Shown in pieces: positions 28,456 to 40,434 of a DNA stretch of 64,000 nt. Below the pieces are notes generated by a model. That model searched no databases. It saw nothing but the letters and a program-made list of their open reading frames with translations, and was not told the DNA's origin. The number at the start of each line of letters is the position of its first letter. Position 1 is the stretch's first letter. This stretch comes from Bdellovibrionales bacterium (GTDB lineage Bacteria; Bdellovibrionota; Bdellovibrionia; Bdellovibrionales; JAGQZY01), in NCBI GenBank assembly GCA_031426555.1, contig JANPLN010000015.1, forward strand, positions 32,001-96,000, in the 5' to 3' direction. The translations under genes and the position numbers were made by a program.

Positions 28456-28980
28456 ATGAAAAAGTGGATCTCAACAATCTTGTGTTTGAACTTTGTAGTA
28501 GCAACCATGGCTCGGGGTCAGGGGTCCAACAACCCGTTGGCTCCGGCTCCTATTGCGCCGGTCACTGCTGCGGAAAAAGTAAGTGTTTACAGCTTTTTAG
28601 AGTGGAAATCGGCTCGCGTTCACGAAGCTCAGCAAAAGCTCGAAACCCTCAGCAAAGCCCAAGGGCACAACCAAAGCCAAGTTTGGCAAGAGGGAAAATC
28701 CGCAGACACCGCAGAGGATGTGGGTAAGACCAGCGAACAAAAGCTCACCTTCAATGTGGATGTGGCCCTCCAACTCAACATCCATGACTATTTTTCTATG
28801 TATCTGAAAATGCTCAGTTTAGAAGAATTTAGAGAAGCCACTAAAAAGTTGACCGAGGACGAAAAGAGCGAACTCCTCATCGCTTACAGAAATACGCAAG
28901 ACAAAGAGAAAAAACTCCCTCTCAAATTTTCCAAATCCACCAAAGATAACGCAAAGAGTAAAGCCTCCGAAATCCAATAA
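28456..28980 (+). CDS. Secreted hypothetical protein
   Basis: MKKWISTILCLNFVVATMARG signal-like start after GAGG; helical composition. Confidence 0.7.
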   Translation: MKKWISTILCLNFVVATMARGQGSNNPLAPAPIAPVTAAEKVSVYSFLEWKSARVHEAQQKLETLSKAQGHNQSQVWQEGKSADTAEDVGKTSEQKLTFNVDVALQLNIHDYFSMYLKMLSLEEFREATKKLTEDEKSELLIAYRNTQDKEKKLPLKFSKSTKDNAKSKASEIQ

Positions 28981-28995
28981 TAATAGCTCCGTCAC

Positions 28996-29024
28996 CTTGA
29001 CAGGGACTGGGGCTATTTCCATAT
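28996..29024 (+). promoter_or_regulatory. Putative sigma32 (RpoH)-type promoter of groESL
   Basis: CTTGACA...TTCCATAT resembles CTTGAA-N13/17-CCCATNT; no CIRCE found. Confidence 0.5.
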
Positions 29025-29073
29025 TGCTTCCACATATGAGTAAAAATTGATTTTAAAGACCAGGAGGTATTTA

Positions 29074-29373
29074 ATGGGCTCTACAGAAACTATTCGTCCT
29101 TTACATGATCGGATTCTCGTTCGCAGAATGAAGGAAGATGAAAAAACAGCTGGTGGACTTTATATTCCAGACACCGCTAAAGAAAAACCACAAAAAGGCG
29201 AAGTGATCGCCACAGGAAAAGGTCGCGTTAACGAAGACGGAAAAGTTTTCCCTCTCGAAGTTAAAGCCGGCGACAAAGTGCTTTTCAGCAAATATGCAGG
29301 CACAGATCTTAAGTTTGGAAGTGAAGACTATCTAATGATTACTGAGAACGATGTTCTTGGAATATTAAATTAG
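29074..29373 (+). CDS. groES: Co-chaperonin GroES
   Basis: [37 protein letters not shown]. Confidence 0.98.
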   Translation: MGSTETIRPLHDRILVRRMKEDEKTAGGLYIPDTAKEKPQKGEVIATGKGRVNEDGKVFPLEVKAGDKVLFSKYAGTDLKFGSEDYLMITENDVLGILN

Positions 29374-29386
29374 TATCTTGAATTAA

Positions 29387-31063
<1,677 letters not shown>

Positions 31064-31088
31064 TCATCGCTGAACATTCCTTTTCTTT

Positions 31089-31120
31089 AAAGAGCCCGAG
31101 AGACCCTCGGGCTTTTTTGT
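31089..31120 (+). terminator. Intrinsic terminator of groESL
   Basis: AGCCCGAG-AGACC-CTCGGGCT followed by a T run. Confidence 0.9.
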
Positions 31121-31155
31121 TGTTTGTTGGTCTTGAAGTCGGTATTTTGGATCCT

Positions 31156-31653
31156 ATGAAAACAATCATCTTCCTCACGTTCTTTTGTTTCAGTTCTTTG
31201 TCTTTAGCAGCCCTCACTCCCACCGAAAAAGACAAAATACTTTTTATGATTTTTGAAAATCAGAGCAAAAAAATCACGACCAAAGACAAAACAAAATGCC
31301 CTAAAGGTGCGACCAATTGGGAATGCACGAATGTCACAGCCAAAAATTTTTTGATGAATTTGTTGCGTGTGAATTTGCCACAGGGATTTACCCAAACTAC
31401 GGAAGTCCTCTGTGATGCCATAACTCCCGAGACTCAAAAGCAGATCGAAGCTAGCGAAAGCGCTCAATTTTGGGCTGTGGATTTTCAGCGCGAAGTGAAA
31501 CAAAGTCTTAAAGGCCAATGGGTTTGTCGGTTAGAAGTGCTGCAGGCGGATTCGCAGCAGTGGAAACTGGGTCTCGCTTTTATCATGAATCGCGATAAGA
31601 GCCGGATTGTCTCGCGACGCTTCTCTGCCTGGCGCCTTGTTCAAAACATGTAA
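31156..31653 (+). CDS. Secreted hypothetical protein
   Basis: MKTIIFLTFFCFSSLSLA signal peptide; four Cys in the mature part. Confidence 0.7.
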   Translation: MKTIIFLTFFCFSSLSLAALTPTEKDKILFMIFENQSKKITTKDKTKCPKGATNWECTNVTAKNFLMNLLRVNLPQGFTQTTEVLCDAITPETQKQIEASESAQFWAVDFQREVKQSLKGQWVCRLEVLQADSQQWKLGLAFIMNRDKSRIVSRRFSAWRLVQNM

Positions 31654-33230
31654 CTCGCGCCGAAGCTGAGTGTTTGGAAGCGCTGGCTGCCTTTGACGGA
31701 TGCGGAAGGACGATTTCCTCCGCCATTGAAGTCGCTCATGAATGTTGTAAAATCCAATGCCGAGTTTAACAAAATTCTCTCGCTCCATCGGTAATCCAAT
31801 AAAAAGCGAAACGATACAATTTTGCTATCTTCAGCACCGGAACTCCAGGGGCTTTCCTTGTAATTCGAATTGATATACCAATTCAATGTTGCGCCTAAGT
31901 ACCAACGGTTCGCCATATCAAGCGGAGTTTTTCCGCCAAGGACCAGGCGGAGGCCCGAATACTCCGTATCGTTCAAACCGTTGTTAGAGCTGATATCTAC
32001 GTCCATATCGTAACTCATATAACCCAGAGCCGCGAATATTTTAGAATCAAAGAAATCATCGCGCAAAAGGATATTGTATCCCACATCGAGAGAATACATC
32101 CCTGTGGCCACCGAAAGTTGAGTAGGAGTTCCTCCTGCAACGGGGTTGTCGATCGTGCCAGTACCTTGCGAGATTCCAACGTTTACAAACCACTCGGGGT
32201 TGATCCACATTTCGCCATACAGAGAAATTGTTGGATAGATGGAGTTTTTCGCGGTGAGTGTGGTGTTTGCTAGAGTAAGAACTTGCTGATAATTGGAAAG
32301 GCCAAAGCTTGCACCAATTAACCCAAAGCTCGGTGGCATTTCGGGTTTCCACTCTTGAATTTTCCCGTTCACTTGGTTATTTTCGCTTAACAAGAGTTCT
32401 GCAGGGATATAGTCATCCTTAATCCATTTTTCTGCCAGGTACTGAACGGGTCGCGCTCCGGTGATCTTTGCATCTTTTTGGATGGAACTCGCTTCGGTTT
32501 CAGAAACGATGTCACCAAAACTTAATTTTGGATCTACTTTTACAAGGCGAATCTTTCCAATCAAAACTTTCTCGTGCTGAATAATATGTCCCAATTTTGG
32601 GTGGCGTTGAATTTCAATAATTTTACTACACGCAAGTTCTTGCCCTGGAGTTAAACCATCCACGGCCCCCAAATTGATTGTCACTCGGTTTTTGGTTCGG
32701 CTCAAAACCATTCCATCGTAGGGAATTCGGAATTTAAGCTGCTGGTACAAAGCTTCCAATTGTTTGAGAGCTTTTTCGGTGGAATCTTGAGCGAGGTCTG
32801 TGGCGGCAACGTGGGAAATCAGTCTGCCGTCCAAGGCGCTAAATAAATAAAGGGCGAGAACAAAATCCTTTGGATTCTTTCTTACTTCGGCGATCAGCAG
32901 TGCATCCGTTTTAAGAGAGCGATTGATTTTAATGGCTTTTGTTGGCGATTTTATAAGCTCAGCAGGAGTTACCAATTCTCCCGAAAACTGGGCTGGAGTG
33001 TAAAGCCACTGATGGTCTGCTTGCATAAGCTCAGTGAGTTTTAAATCTACGGGTTGCGAAAAAATACCATCGACGTTGTCAACCGTCGGGAGAAGCGAAA
33101 CTCGGTGAATAGTGATCGACGCATCCACTGAATTCGAAAGCGTGACGCCTTCTTTTTTGCCGGCGAACGAAAATGAAATCAGAAGAGACAAGAAAAGCTC
33201 TATAAAAGTCTGGAACGAACTCATGACCAT
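31641..33230 (-). CDS. Hypothetical outer-membrane protein (FlgT/TolB_N-like periplasmic part plus C-terminal beta-barrel)
   Basis: Signal peptide; G.VLSR...VTINLGA.DGL..GQ motif; alternating aromatic strands ending in SYMF. Confidence 0.7.
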   Translation of the reverse strand: MVMSSFQTFIELFLSLLISFSFAGKKEGVTLSNSVDASITIHRVSLLPTVDNVDGIFSQPVDLKLTELMQADHQWLYTPAQFSGELVTPAELIKSPTKAIKINRSLKTDALLIAEVRKNPKDFVLALYLFSALDGRLISHVAATDLAQDSTEKALKQLEALYQQLKFRIPYDGMVLSRTKNRVTINLGAVDGLTPGQELACSKIIEIQRHPKLGHIIQHEKVLIGKIRLVKVDPKLSFGDIVSETEASSIQKDAKITGARPVQYLAEKWIKDDYIPAELLLSENNQVNGKIQEWKPEMPPSFGLIGASFGLSNYQQVLTLANTTLTAKNSIYPTISLYGEMWINPEWFVNVGISQGTGTIDNPVAGGTPTQLSVATGMYSLDVGYNILLRDDFFDSKIFAALGYMSYDMDVDISSNNGLNDTEYSGLRLVLGGKTPLDMANRWYLGATLNWYINSNYKESPWSSGAEDSKIVSFRFLLDYRWSERILLNSALDFTTFMSDFNGGGNRPSASVKGSQRFQTLSFGASYMF

Positions 33231-33351
33231 ATTATGCCCCAACGGTTTGGAGAGGGGTATAGAGAAGTTAAAACCCATCAAATCGTCTAGATTCTTGCGG
33301 GGCATGAGCCCTCACTTGGGTGCACCCACGGTGTTCCGCTATACTGAAAGA

Positions 33352-33732
33352 GTGAAAATTTATATCGTTGATGATGCCTCATTTATACGAATGATCTGTC
33401 GCTATCACCTGACAAAAGCGGGGCATGATATTGTCGGTGAGTCCCATGATGGCGAGACGGCCCTCACGGAGATCTTGGCCATCCAGCCTGAATGTGTGTT
33501 GGTGGATCTTTCGCTCCCGAGCAAGAGCGGTGTTGAGATCATGACGGAAGTTCAGATGAAATACCCGCACATTCAATTCATCGTCGTTACAGCGCTAGAC
33601 AAAGATATTTTGGCACTCACAGCGCCCGATGTGGGATATGCGGCCTATATTCGAAAGCCCTTTGAGGGTGCAGACTTGGTAAAAGCGGTAGAAACATTGC
33701 AAGCGGCGCCTGGTCGGAGGAAATATGGATGA
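33352..33732 (+). CDS. Single-domain response regulator (CheY-like)
   Basis: GTG start: KIYIVDD, VLVDLSLP (phospho-acceptor Asp), VVTA, YIRKPF. Confidence 0.9.
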   Translation: MKIYIVDDASFIRMICRYHLTKAGHDIVGESHDGETALTEILAIQPECVLVDLSLPSKSGVEIMTEVQMKYPHIQFIVVTALDKDILALTAPDVGYAAYIRKPFEGADLVKAVETLQAAPGRRKYG

Positions 33733-34039
33733 GGTTTTTTTTGTTATTAAGTCGTTCTTAATTACCTGCGTGGTTGTTTTTTGCCTACAGATGAAAGTGG
33801 GAGAACAAACTCTGGATTACAAGCTCAATGAGTTTTTACAAAAGGGTCAACTCACAAGTATTTTGCGAGATGCCGGCCAGGGAGCCACTCGCTTGACAGC
33901 GTCTGCCTATAACACCGCAAAGGAGAGTGATCTGAAGCTCCCTTTTCAAGCTATGAAACAAGCGGAACAGGCTAAAGAAGATATGCTGAAGCGACAACAG
34001 GAAGTACAGGACGAACTCGAAGAGGTCATGGCCGACTGA
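33725..34039 (+). CDS. Small hypothetical protein with N-terminal membrane anchor
   Basis: 104 aa with hydrophobic N-terminus; overlaps the response regulator stop. Confidence 0.7.
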   Translation: MDEVFFVIKSFLITCVVVFCLQMKVGEQTLDYKLNEFLQKGQLTSILRDAGQGATRLTASAYNTAKESDLKLPFQAMKQAEQAKEDMLKRQQEVQDELEEVMAD

Positions 34040-34086
34040 AAAAAGGTCGCTTCTTTAGGAAGCTCCCTGAAAAAAGATCGCTTCTT
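34036..34086. repeat. 20-bp direct repeat at a convergent junction
   Basis: CTGAAAAAAGGTCGCTTCTT (34036-55) and CTGAAAAAAGATCGCTTCTT (34067-86). Confidence 0.8.
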
Positions 34087-35764
34087 AAAGGTTTAAGCTC
34101 AGTTCTGATGATACGGGTCCGACCATATCAATGAAATTATTAAACGTCGAAGAGATTTGCGACGTGGTGGATGTGCCACCGCGATTGCTGATCTTTTTAA
34201 TTTCCCCAGAGGCCGCATAGGACAATTGCAGTGAGCCCACTTCGGGCCGTGCAATAGATGTGGGCTTTTGAGTCTTAGGATCGTATTCGATGACGACTTC
34301 TTTTTTTGTATGATCAGCAAGAGCGACAATCAGACCTTGGGAGTTGTACTTGATATCCACAAACTGGCCGTCAGAGTTGCGGGCCTGTGTGAGTCGACCG
34401 GCGCCATCATATTTAAAAAGAGTCTTCTTTTTACGGAGGAGCTTCCCCGTTTTATTAAAATACTCAGTCACTGCATTTTCAATGCGGCCCTCTTTATCGT
34501 AATCGAAAGCGAGACTGTATTTATGCGTTTCGTCGGACTGCGGAATAAACAAGCTCACCGTTTTCTGTCGGAGAGTGCCGTTTGGCAAATATTGATAAGT
34601 TGTCACGTCGGCATTTTTTCGGATGGAAATAGGTTTGCTTAAATCCTGATGGTACATGATATCCAGCGTTTGGTTGTTCTTTTCGGAAAGCACGCGGCTT
34701 AAATATTTTTCTTTATCGGGCCGCGTTTGATACCAAAATTCGTAACGATGTTTGTAAGCTGTTTTGCCTTTGCAGCTTTTGACTGCCGTGGACCAATAAT
34801 GATCTTTTGGGTTTTCTTGTGAAAGAGTGAAGTCGTAGGTCTCGACGCAGCCGTCACGATCTTTAAATTCTCGGACCCAATCCTTCGACTCCACATAGCT
34901 TAAAGATTTAAACGTGCCATCTGGAAACTGAATTTTGGTAATGTTATGATTATCGTCGTAGGCATAAGCGTAGGCGTTTTGCCACGCATTCGTCACCGCC
35001 GTTAAGTTTTCGCCCACAAATTTATAATTCGCGGTGAGGCCGTTCATCGAGATTTGCTTTAACTTGCGCTCAGGATAGTACGTAAAAGCCAGTTTGTTTC
35101 CTTGGTTATCGGTGAGCACCGAAGGCAATCCGGCAGCGTATGAAATTCGTAAAAACGTTTTTTGTTTTTCCATTAAATAGACAAGCTTACCGCCAGCATC
35201 AAATTTTTGTAAAAGTCCTTCCGGTGTGGTGCGGACGTAGTTTGCGCCATCAAAAACGATCTTATCCAGCTCTTTGCCATTTAATAAAAAAACAGTATTT
35301 TTAGAAGGTGAAAAGCGAATTCCCACCTCTCCGGCGTAGCGAGTGCGCAGTTTATGATCTGTTTTTAGCTGCTCTCGCAAATCGTCAAAATATTTTTTAC
35401 TTTTTCCAGCCTCATTCTTGCGAGCATAGGTTAAAATCTTCTCAATGGTCGTGGCTATTTGTTGAACGTTAGAATTGGCCGGATAAAAGTTAATGGCTCC
35501 AGTGGAGCATTCTGTAAGAGTGAGGTTGCCTTCGATTGTAATTTCGATTTTACTCTCGATGGGCGAGCACCAGCCAAAACCAAAAATTCCGGAGAACAGA
35601 GAGCGGCTGCTATAAGTTCTTGAAATCTTCAAAGGTGAGTTTGTATCGGCAGCTACGATGTCGACCCAGTTGTCGGAGAAATTCGCATTTTTCATATCAA
35701 CAAGCGCGTGAGCCTGGGGCAAAGTGAGGTATAACCAGCTGCTGATCAAGAAGAATTTTTTCAT
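34085..35764 (-). CDS. Secreted YD/RHS-repeat protein (Bd0109-like)
   Basis: Signal peptide AHA; RTYSSRSLFSGIFGFGW; repeated YxYD..G motifs; last gene of the Tad operon. Confidence 0.88.
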   Translation of the reverse strand: MKKFFLISSWLYLTLPQAHALVDMKNANFSDNWVDIVAADTNSPLKISRTYSSRSLFSGIFGFGWCSPIESKIEITIEGNLTLTECSTGAINFYPANSNVQQIATTIEKILTYARKNEAGKSKKYFDDLREQLKTDHKLRTRYAGEVGIRFSPSKNTVFLLNGKELDKIVFDGANYVRTTPEGLLQKFDAGGKLVYLMEKQKTFLRISYAAGLPSVLTDNQGNKLAFTYYPERKLKQISMNGLTANYKFVGENLTAVTNAWQNAYAYAYDDNHNITKIQFPDGTFKSLSYVESKDWVREFKDRDGCVETYDFTLSQENPKDHYWSTAVKSCKGKTAYKHRYEFWYQTRPDKEKYLSRVLSEKNNQTLDIMYHQDLSKPISIRKNADVTTYQYLPNGTLRQKTVSLFIPQSDETHKYSLAFDYDKEGRIENAVTEYFNKTGKLLRKKKTLFKYDGAGRLTQARNSDGQFVDIKYNSQGLIVALADHTKKEVVIEYDPKTQKPTSIARPEVGSLQLSYAASGEIKKISNRGGTSTTSQISSTFNNFIDMVGPVSSELSLNL

Positions 35765-35765
35765 G

Positions 35766-36653
35766 CTACACCTTGATGGTAATAATTTTTTTGATAAAGA
35801 AAGCACCAACCGCAATAAGAGAGAAAATAAGAAATAAAAATACCCATCCTAAAGTTGTCGTAAACAGCGGCATGACATAATTGGGATCCGCAAAATAAAA
35901 AATCACCAGTAGTAAAACGGGAACAAGACTGATAATAATTCCTTGCATAACACCCTGGGCGGTGAGGGCCTCGATCTTTTTTTCGATTTTTTGTCGTTCA
36001 CGAATCGTGTAATTAATTGTTTGAAACGTTTCGGCCATGTTTCCGCCGGTTTCTTTTAAAATATTCACCGCTGTAACAAACATTTGCATGTCGGGGCGAG
36101 GAACTCGTTCGGCAAGTTCACTCATACATTCCTCGATGGGACGACCAATCTGGTTTTGCGACAGCACGAGACGAAATTCCTGGCTAATGGGTGCCTTTAG
36201 ATTTTTTGCAACGCGATCCATGGCTTGGTTCACACTGAGCCCAGCGCGAATTCCGTTTGCGAGAATTGTTGTGGCGTCCACCATCTGATTGACGATTGTA
36301 TTGCAGCGTTTTTCATACATGGAGCGAAAAATATACTTTGGCACCGTCCAACCCAACATTGTAAATATCGATCCAAACAGCAAGCCGACAGGAATGTTGG
36401 GCCAAAAGAGCATAAAGAACAATATCCCAAGGCCAAGACTAATCGACATTAAAGAGTAGGTAAGTTTTTTATCGTCAACTTCCACAAACATCAGCTCCAT
36501 GTACTTTGCAATTTCGTCTTTTTGCCCAATACTTTTTTTGTAGAGCCAGCTTAAAATTTTATGGGACCACAAGTAGGTTAAGAGAAAAACGATTCCGCCG
36601 ACGGCGGGAAATACAAAAAACGAATTAGAAAACAATGCATTTAAAAAGTTCAT
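35766..36653 (-). CDS. tadB: Tad pilus assembly platform protein TadB
   Basis: LANGIRAGLS..QA, PISQEF, ETGGNMAE, IRER, ALTAQG. Confidence 0.92.
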   Translation of the reverse strand: MNFLNALFSNSFFVFPAVGGIVFLLTYLWSHKILSWLYKKSIGQKDEIAKYMELMFVEVDDKKLTYSLMSISLGLGILFFMLFWPNIPVGLLFGSIFTMLGWTVPKYIFRSMYEKRCNTIVNQMVDATTILANGIRAGLSVNQAMDRVAKNLKAPISQEFRLVLSQNQIGRPIEECMSELAERVPRPDMQMFVTAVNILKETGGNMAETFQTINYTIRERQKIEKKIEALTAQGVMQGIIISLVPVLLLVIFYFADPNYVMPLFTTTLGWVFLFLIFSLIAVGAFFIKKIITIKV

Positions 36654-38851
36654 GGTTTACCGCCTCCGCTGGCTTTTTTAACCGAGTATTGCGGGCCAGC
36701 AGGTTTCGAAGTATCCACGGGAGCGGGCGCATTGGCCGCTTCGTTGGAGAAGAGATCCTTTGGAATACCAATCCCGCGCTCCTTCAGCTCTTGAATAAAC
36801 TTTGGAATAAGTCCTTTAGACAAAAATTGACCAATAATTTTTCTATTTTTATCAAATCCGACCTCTTTGAACTCAAAAACTTCCTGTAGAGTGACCGTAT
36901 CGCCTTGAATACCCTGAACCTCGGCGATGCTCATGATCTTACGGCTTCCATCGGAAAGTCGCGAAATTTGCACGATTAAATCCACGGCGCCGGCAATTTG
37001 TTCGCGAATGGCGCGCACAGGGAGATCCATCCCGGCCATCAAGCAAAGGGTTTCGAGTCGGCCAATGGCCTCGCGTGGGTTGTTGGAGTGGACCGTTGTC
37101 ATCGAGCCATCATGACCCGTGCTCATGGCGGCAAGCATGTCGAGAGCGGCACCGTCACGGCACTCACCCACGATGATACGGTCGGGACGCATACGCAGAG
37201 TATTTTTCACAAGGTCGCGAATGGTGATGGCTCCTTCGCCCTCCATATTTGCAGGGCGAGTTTCAAGCCTTACAACGTGAGTCTGGCGAAGTTGCAGTTC
37301 TGCAGCATCTTCAACTGTGATAATTCGTTCGGTTGAAGGAATAAAAGAAGACATACAATTCAGGAGAGTGGTTTTACCAGACCCTGTACCGCCTGAGATA
37401 ATAATGTTACAGCCGTTTTCCACAGCGAGTTTTAAAAAATCCATCATCGGACGGCTGATAGAATTGTAATGAACGTACTGGTCAACGCCAAAAGCATCTT
37501 TTTTAAATTTACGAATTGTCAAAGAAGGGCCGTCAATCGAGAGCGGCTCAATGATGGCATTCACACGACTTCCATCAGCTAAGCGCGCATCTACATAAGG
37601 AGTTTTTTCATCGATACGTCGCCCGAGGGGAGTCACAATCCGCTCGATCACGTTGCGCAGCTGAATATTCGAGGTGAAGTGGGTTTTGCTGAGTTGAAGC
37701 CGGCCGCCTTTTTCGATAAATATTTTATCAAACCCGTTGACCATAATTTCACTGACATCGACTTGTGAGAGAAGATCTTCGAGCGGGCCGAGTCCTAAAG
37801 CTTCATCAAGAGTTTCTTTGATGATCTGTTTGCGGTCTGCCGGTGACACTCCTTGGGCCTCTTGATCGAGAATCTTCGAAATGGCAACCTTCACATCGCC
37901 TTCGAGCTTGCGTCGTTTTTCGGCGTCTTTGCTGGCCTTGGTGATGTCGTCGTTTTTAAGGTTCATTTCCTTAATCAAACGAGTATGAATTGTAATTTTA
38001 AGATGAGTTCGCGGATCAATAGAGTTTTTAGTGGTTGTATCTGAAGATTCTTGCTTTTCAAAAGTGAGAATATTATTTCGCGTGAGAGTTTTTAATTTTT
38101 GTAAAACGCCGCCGGTGAGTTTGCGGACGATTTCGGTGTAACTATTGGCGAGCGGCGATTGGGGAGAAAGTAGCAGAAAGGGAGTGGCACGCTTGAGGGC
38201 ATTGGCCGTTGTCACGTCGTCTTGCGGGAGCACTCCAAGCATGGGTCGTTTAAAAGATTGTTCCAGTTGGCTTGGTGCCAGCCCCACGTTGCTGGCTTTG
38301 TTCAGTACAATTTGAATCATCTCATTTGGCAAGGTAGCGGCCCGAAGGTCGTTGATCACTCGGAGTGTTTGATTCACGGTGAGCACTTCTGGCGTGGTTA
38401 CAACGATGGCCGTGGTGCAGGCCTCAAGCAAGCGCATTTGTAATTCATCCAGATCATTTCCAAAATCAAGAACGATAAATTTGTAAAAGTGCGACAGCTG
38501 AGCAATTTGTTTAAGGGCAATAGGCGGAGACACAGTGAATGTTTGTCCTGGGCCCTTGACGGCGCCGAGATAGTGAATGGGAGCTGTGGAGTGTGACGAA
38601 ACAACAGTGAGTAAATTTTTTGTATTGATGCTGCCGGTAAAGTTACAAACTTCTTCTAAGGTTTTCGGGTCCAACAAGCCGGTGATAAAATTCTGATCAC
38701 CGCAGGATTTTTGATCAGCATCGATAAGCAAAGTTGAGGTCTTAAGTTCTTGCCCCAGTTTAATAGCAAGGTTGGCAGCAAAAACACTTTTGCCAACGCC
38801 GCCTTTTCCACCGACGACGCCTATAATAAAACAGTTTGTATTGAATGACAT
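36650..38851 (-). CDS. tadA: Fused CpaE/TadZ-like P-loop domain and TadA/CpaF assembly ATPase
   Basis: N-terminal deviant Walker [11 protein letters not shown]-terminal [38 protein letters not shown]. Confidence 0.93.
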   Translation of the reverse strand: MSFNTNCFIIGVVGGKGGVGKSVFAANLAIKLGQELKTSTLLIDADQKSCGDQNFITGLLDPKTLEEVCNFTGSINTKNLLTVVSSHSTAPIHYLGAVKGPGQTFTVSPPIALKQIAQLSHFYKFIVLDFGNDLDELQMRLLEACTTAIVVTTPEVLTVNQTLRVINDLRAATLPNEMIQIVLNKASNVGLAPSQLEQSFKRPMLGVLPQDDVTTANALKRATPFLLLSPQSPLANSYTEIVRKLTGGVLQKLKTLTRNNILTFEKQESSDTTTKNSIDPRTHLKITIHTRLIKEMNLKNDDITKASKDAEKRRKLEGDVKVAISKILDQEAQGVSPADRKQIIKETLDEALGLGPLEDLLSQVDVSEIMVNGFDKIFIEKGGRLQLSKTHFTSNIQLRNVIERIVTPLGRRIDEKTPYVDARLADGSRVNAIIEPLSIDGPSLTIRKFKKDAFGVDQYVHYNSISRPMMDFLKLAVENGCNIIISGGTGSGKTTLLNCMSSFIPSTERIITVEDAAELQLRQTHVVRLETRPANMEGEGAITIRDLVKNTLRMRPDRIIVGECRDGAALDMLAAMSTGHDGSMTTVHSNNPREAIGRLETLCLMAGMDLPVRAIREQIAGAVDLIVQISRLSDGSRKIMSIAEVQGIQGDTVTLQEVFEFKEVGFDKNRKIIGQFLSKGLIPKFIQELKERGIGIPKDLFSNEAANAPAPVDTSKPAGPQYSVKKASGGGKP

Positions 38852-38874
38852 TGAGCTAGATCCCTCCTCGTATA

Positions 38875-38903
38875 TTATCGGTAAAACCGCCGATATATTT
38901 GAG
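38875..38903 (-). promoter_or_regulatory. Putative sigma28 (FliA) promoter of tadA-tadB-RHS
   Basis: Minus strand CTCAAA-N15-ACCGATAA, followed by a GAGGAGG SD. Confidence 0.65.
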
Positions 38904-38958
38904 GAAAGTTACTGCTTTTAGGGGATCCTAGACCCGACGATCGACCAGCCCTATGGGC

Positions 38959-40434
38959 CTACTCGTTCAAGCGGAACTTCTCTTTGACCTTATCGACGCC
39001 CGTGCTGGCTGACGACTTGATAATAGGTGTTACAAACACTACAAACTGCGACTGGTTTTTTTGAAACGCTTTAGATGTGTAAAAAGAAAACAGAGCGTTT
39101 TGCAAACCATCTGGGATTTTATTGTAATCCATGGTCTGCGAGTTCCCAATGAGACCAGCCACGGCGGCACTTTCCCCGCTGCGCACGGCCACCTCGGTGG
39201 TCACGGAGTTGTTGGATATGATAGGACCAAGAGCGGTCAGGGAAACCAAACTGCCAATGTTAAAAGTCATTTTCATGTTGATCAGATCCGAACGCGGACT
39301 ATCAATGCTTGGCGTGATATCAGACACCAAGGAGACTTCCGCCGATCCCGGAATCGAAGCTCCCAATTGGTTTTGTGTCACATAGGGAATTGTGGTTTTT
39401 TGCGACACACGCCCCGAAACATCTTGTTTTGTAATGACACTGGTAGTTTTTAAAATACGTGCGTGACCATGGGCCTTGGCCCAATTCAATTTAGGTAAAA
39501 GGTTGGAAATGGTCCCGGTGATGCTTGAAATTACACCGCTGGGCTGTCGCGAATCCACCGTAAAAGACATACTCGTGTTGTCGCCAATAATCGGTGTCCA
39601 TTGAAAGCGCGAACTGTTGGAGTAGTCTTTACTGAGTTCCACATAGTGTAAAACCAACTGAATCAGTTTTTTCGGCTGCGGATCTGGTGGCGGGCGAGCG
39701 ACAATTAAATTTACAACAGGATCTTCTTTACGTTTTTTAATGTCTCCTTGGTTTTCAGCTTCGCCGAAGACAGGTGGGGGCAAATACGTGCGTGCAATGA
39801 GCTCGGCGTTGTCTCTGTCGAACGCTGCGTTTACTTCGCCGGTAAGAATGTACTTGCCGTTACGAGCTCGCACTTGGACGTCGGGGTTGTTGATTTCTCG
39901 CTCGATAATTTCGGCAATTTTTTGCTGTGCAAAGGGACTGACTTCCACCAGCGAAGCGGCATCGGCTCCATACTGTTTAAGCACAGCCACAATTCGATTG
40001 AGATCTTCGGGATGAACAACCTTTCCATCCACTACAACTTTTTCATTCACAATCTTAATCGAAATTCCCTCGATCTCGCTGAGGAGGGCGCGAATTTCTC
40101 GAACAATGCGCGTGAGCTTGGTGTCGCGAACTTCAATGCGATACTCAAAAACCTTTGTTCCCTTCTTATCGTGAATGGAGAGCGTGGCAATCCCTGCCTT
40201 TACTGGAGTAAAGCGCAGCTTTTGATATTCGCGAGCGACGGCAAGTTTTGTAACGCCTTTCCAGTCGCCGCCAAAGTCTCCGCCCAGAGGGAGCTTGGCG
40301 AGAGTTTCTTCGTGTTCCACACCTTGATAAAGTATTAGGTATTTTTCACCCGGCTTTTCCTCGTTTTGCGCAAGCGCCAACGCTGGAAAGGCGAATAAAA
40401 ATATTAAAAATACACTCTTCATATCAAACCTCAT
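38959..40434 (-). CDS. cpaC: Tad secretin RcpA/CpaC (BON domains plus secretin domain)
   Basis: Signal peptide; BON-like segments; C-terminal VAVRSGESAAVAGL...VVFVTP. Confidence 0.85.
   Translation of the reverse strand: MRFDMKSVFLIFLFAFPALALAQNEEKPGEKYLILYQGVEHEETLAKLPLGGDFGGDWKGVTKLAVAREYQKLRFTPVKAGIATLSIHDKKGTKVFEYRIEVRDTKLTRIVREIRALLSEIEGISIKIVNEKVVVDGKVVHPEDLNRIVAVLKQYGADAASLVEVSPFAQQKIAEIIEREINNPDVQVRARNGKYILTGEVNAAFDRDNAELIARTYLPPPVFGEAENQGDIKKRKEDPVVNLIVARPPPDPQPKKLIQLVLHYVELSKDYSNSSRFQWTPIIGDNTSMSFTVDSRQPSGVISSITGTISNLLPKLNWAKAHGHARILKTTSVITKQDVSGRVSQKTTIPYVTQNQLGASIPGSAEVSLVSDITPSIDSPRSDLINMKMTFNIGSLVSLTALGPIISNNSVTTEVAVRSGESAAVAGLIGNSQTMDYNKIPDGLQNALFSFYTSKAFQKNQSQFVVFVTPIIKSSASTGVDKVKEKFRLNE

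Noticed and set aside
28981..29073. CIRCE element before groES
   Set aside because: No TTAGCACTC-N9-GAGTGCTAA present.
33112..33351. N-terminal extension of the response regulator
   Set aside because: Overlaps the divergent gene; the receiver domain starts at GTG 33352.
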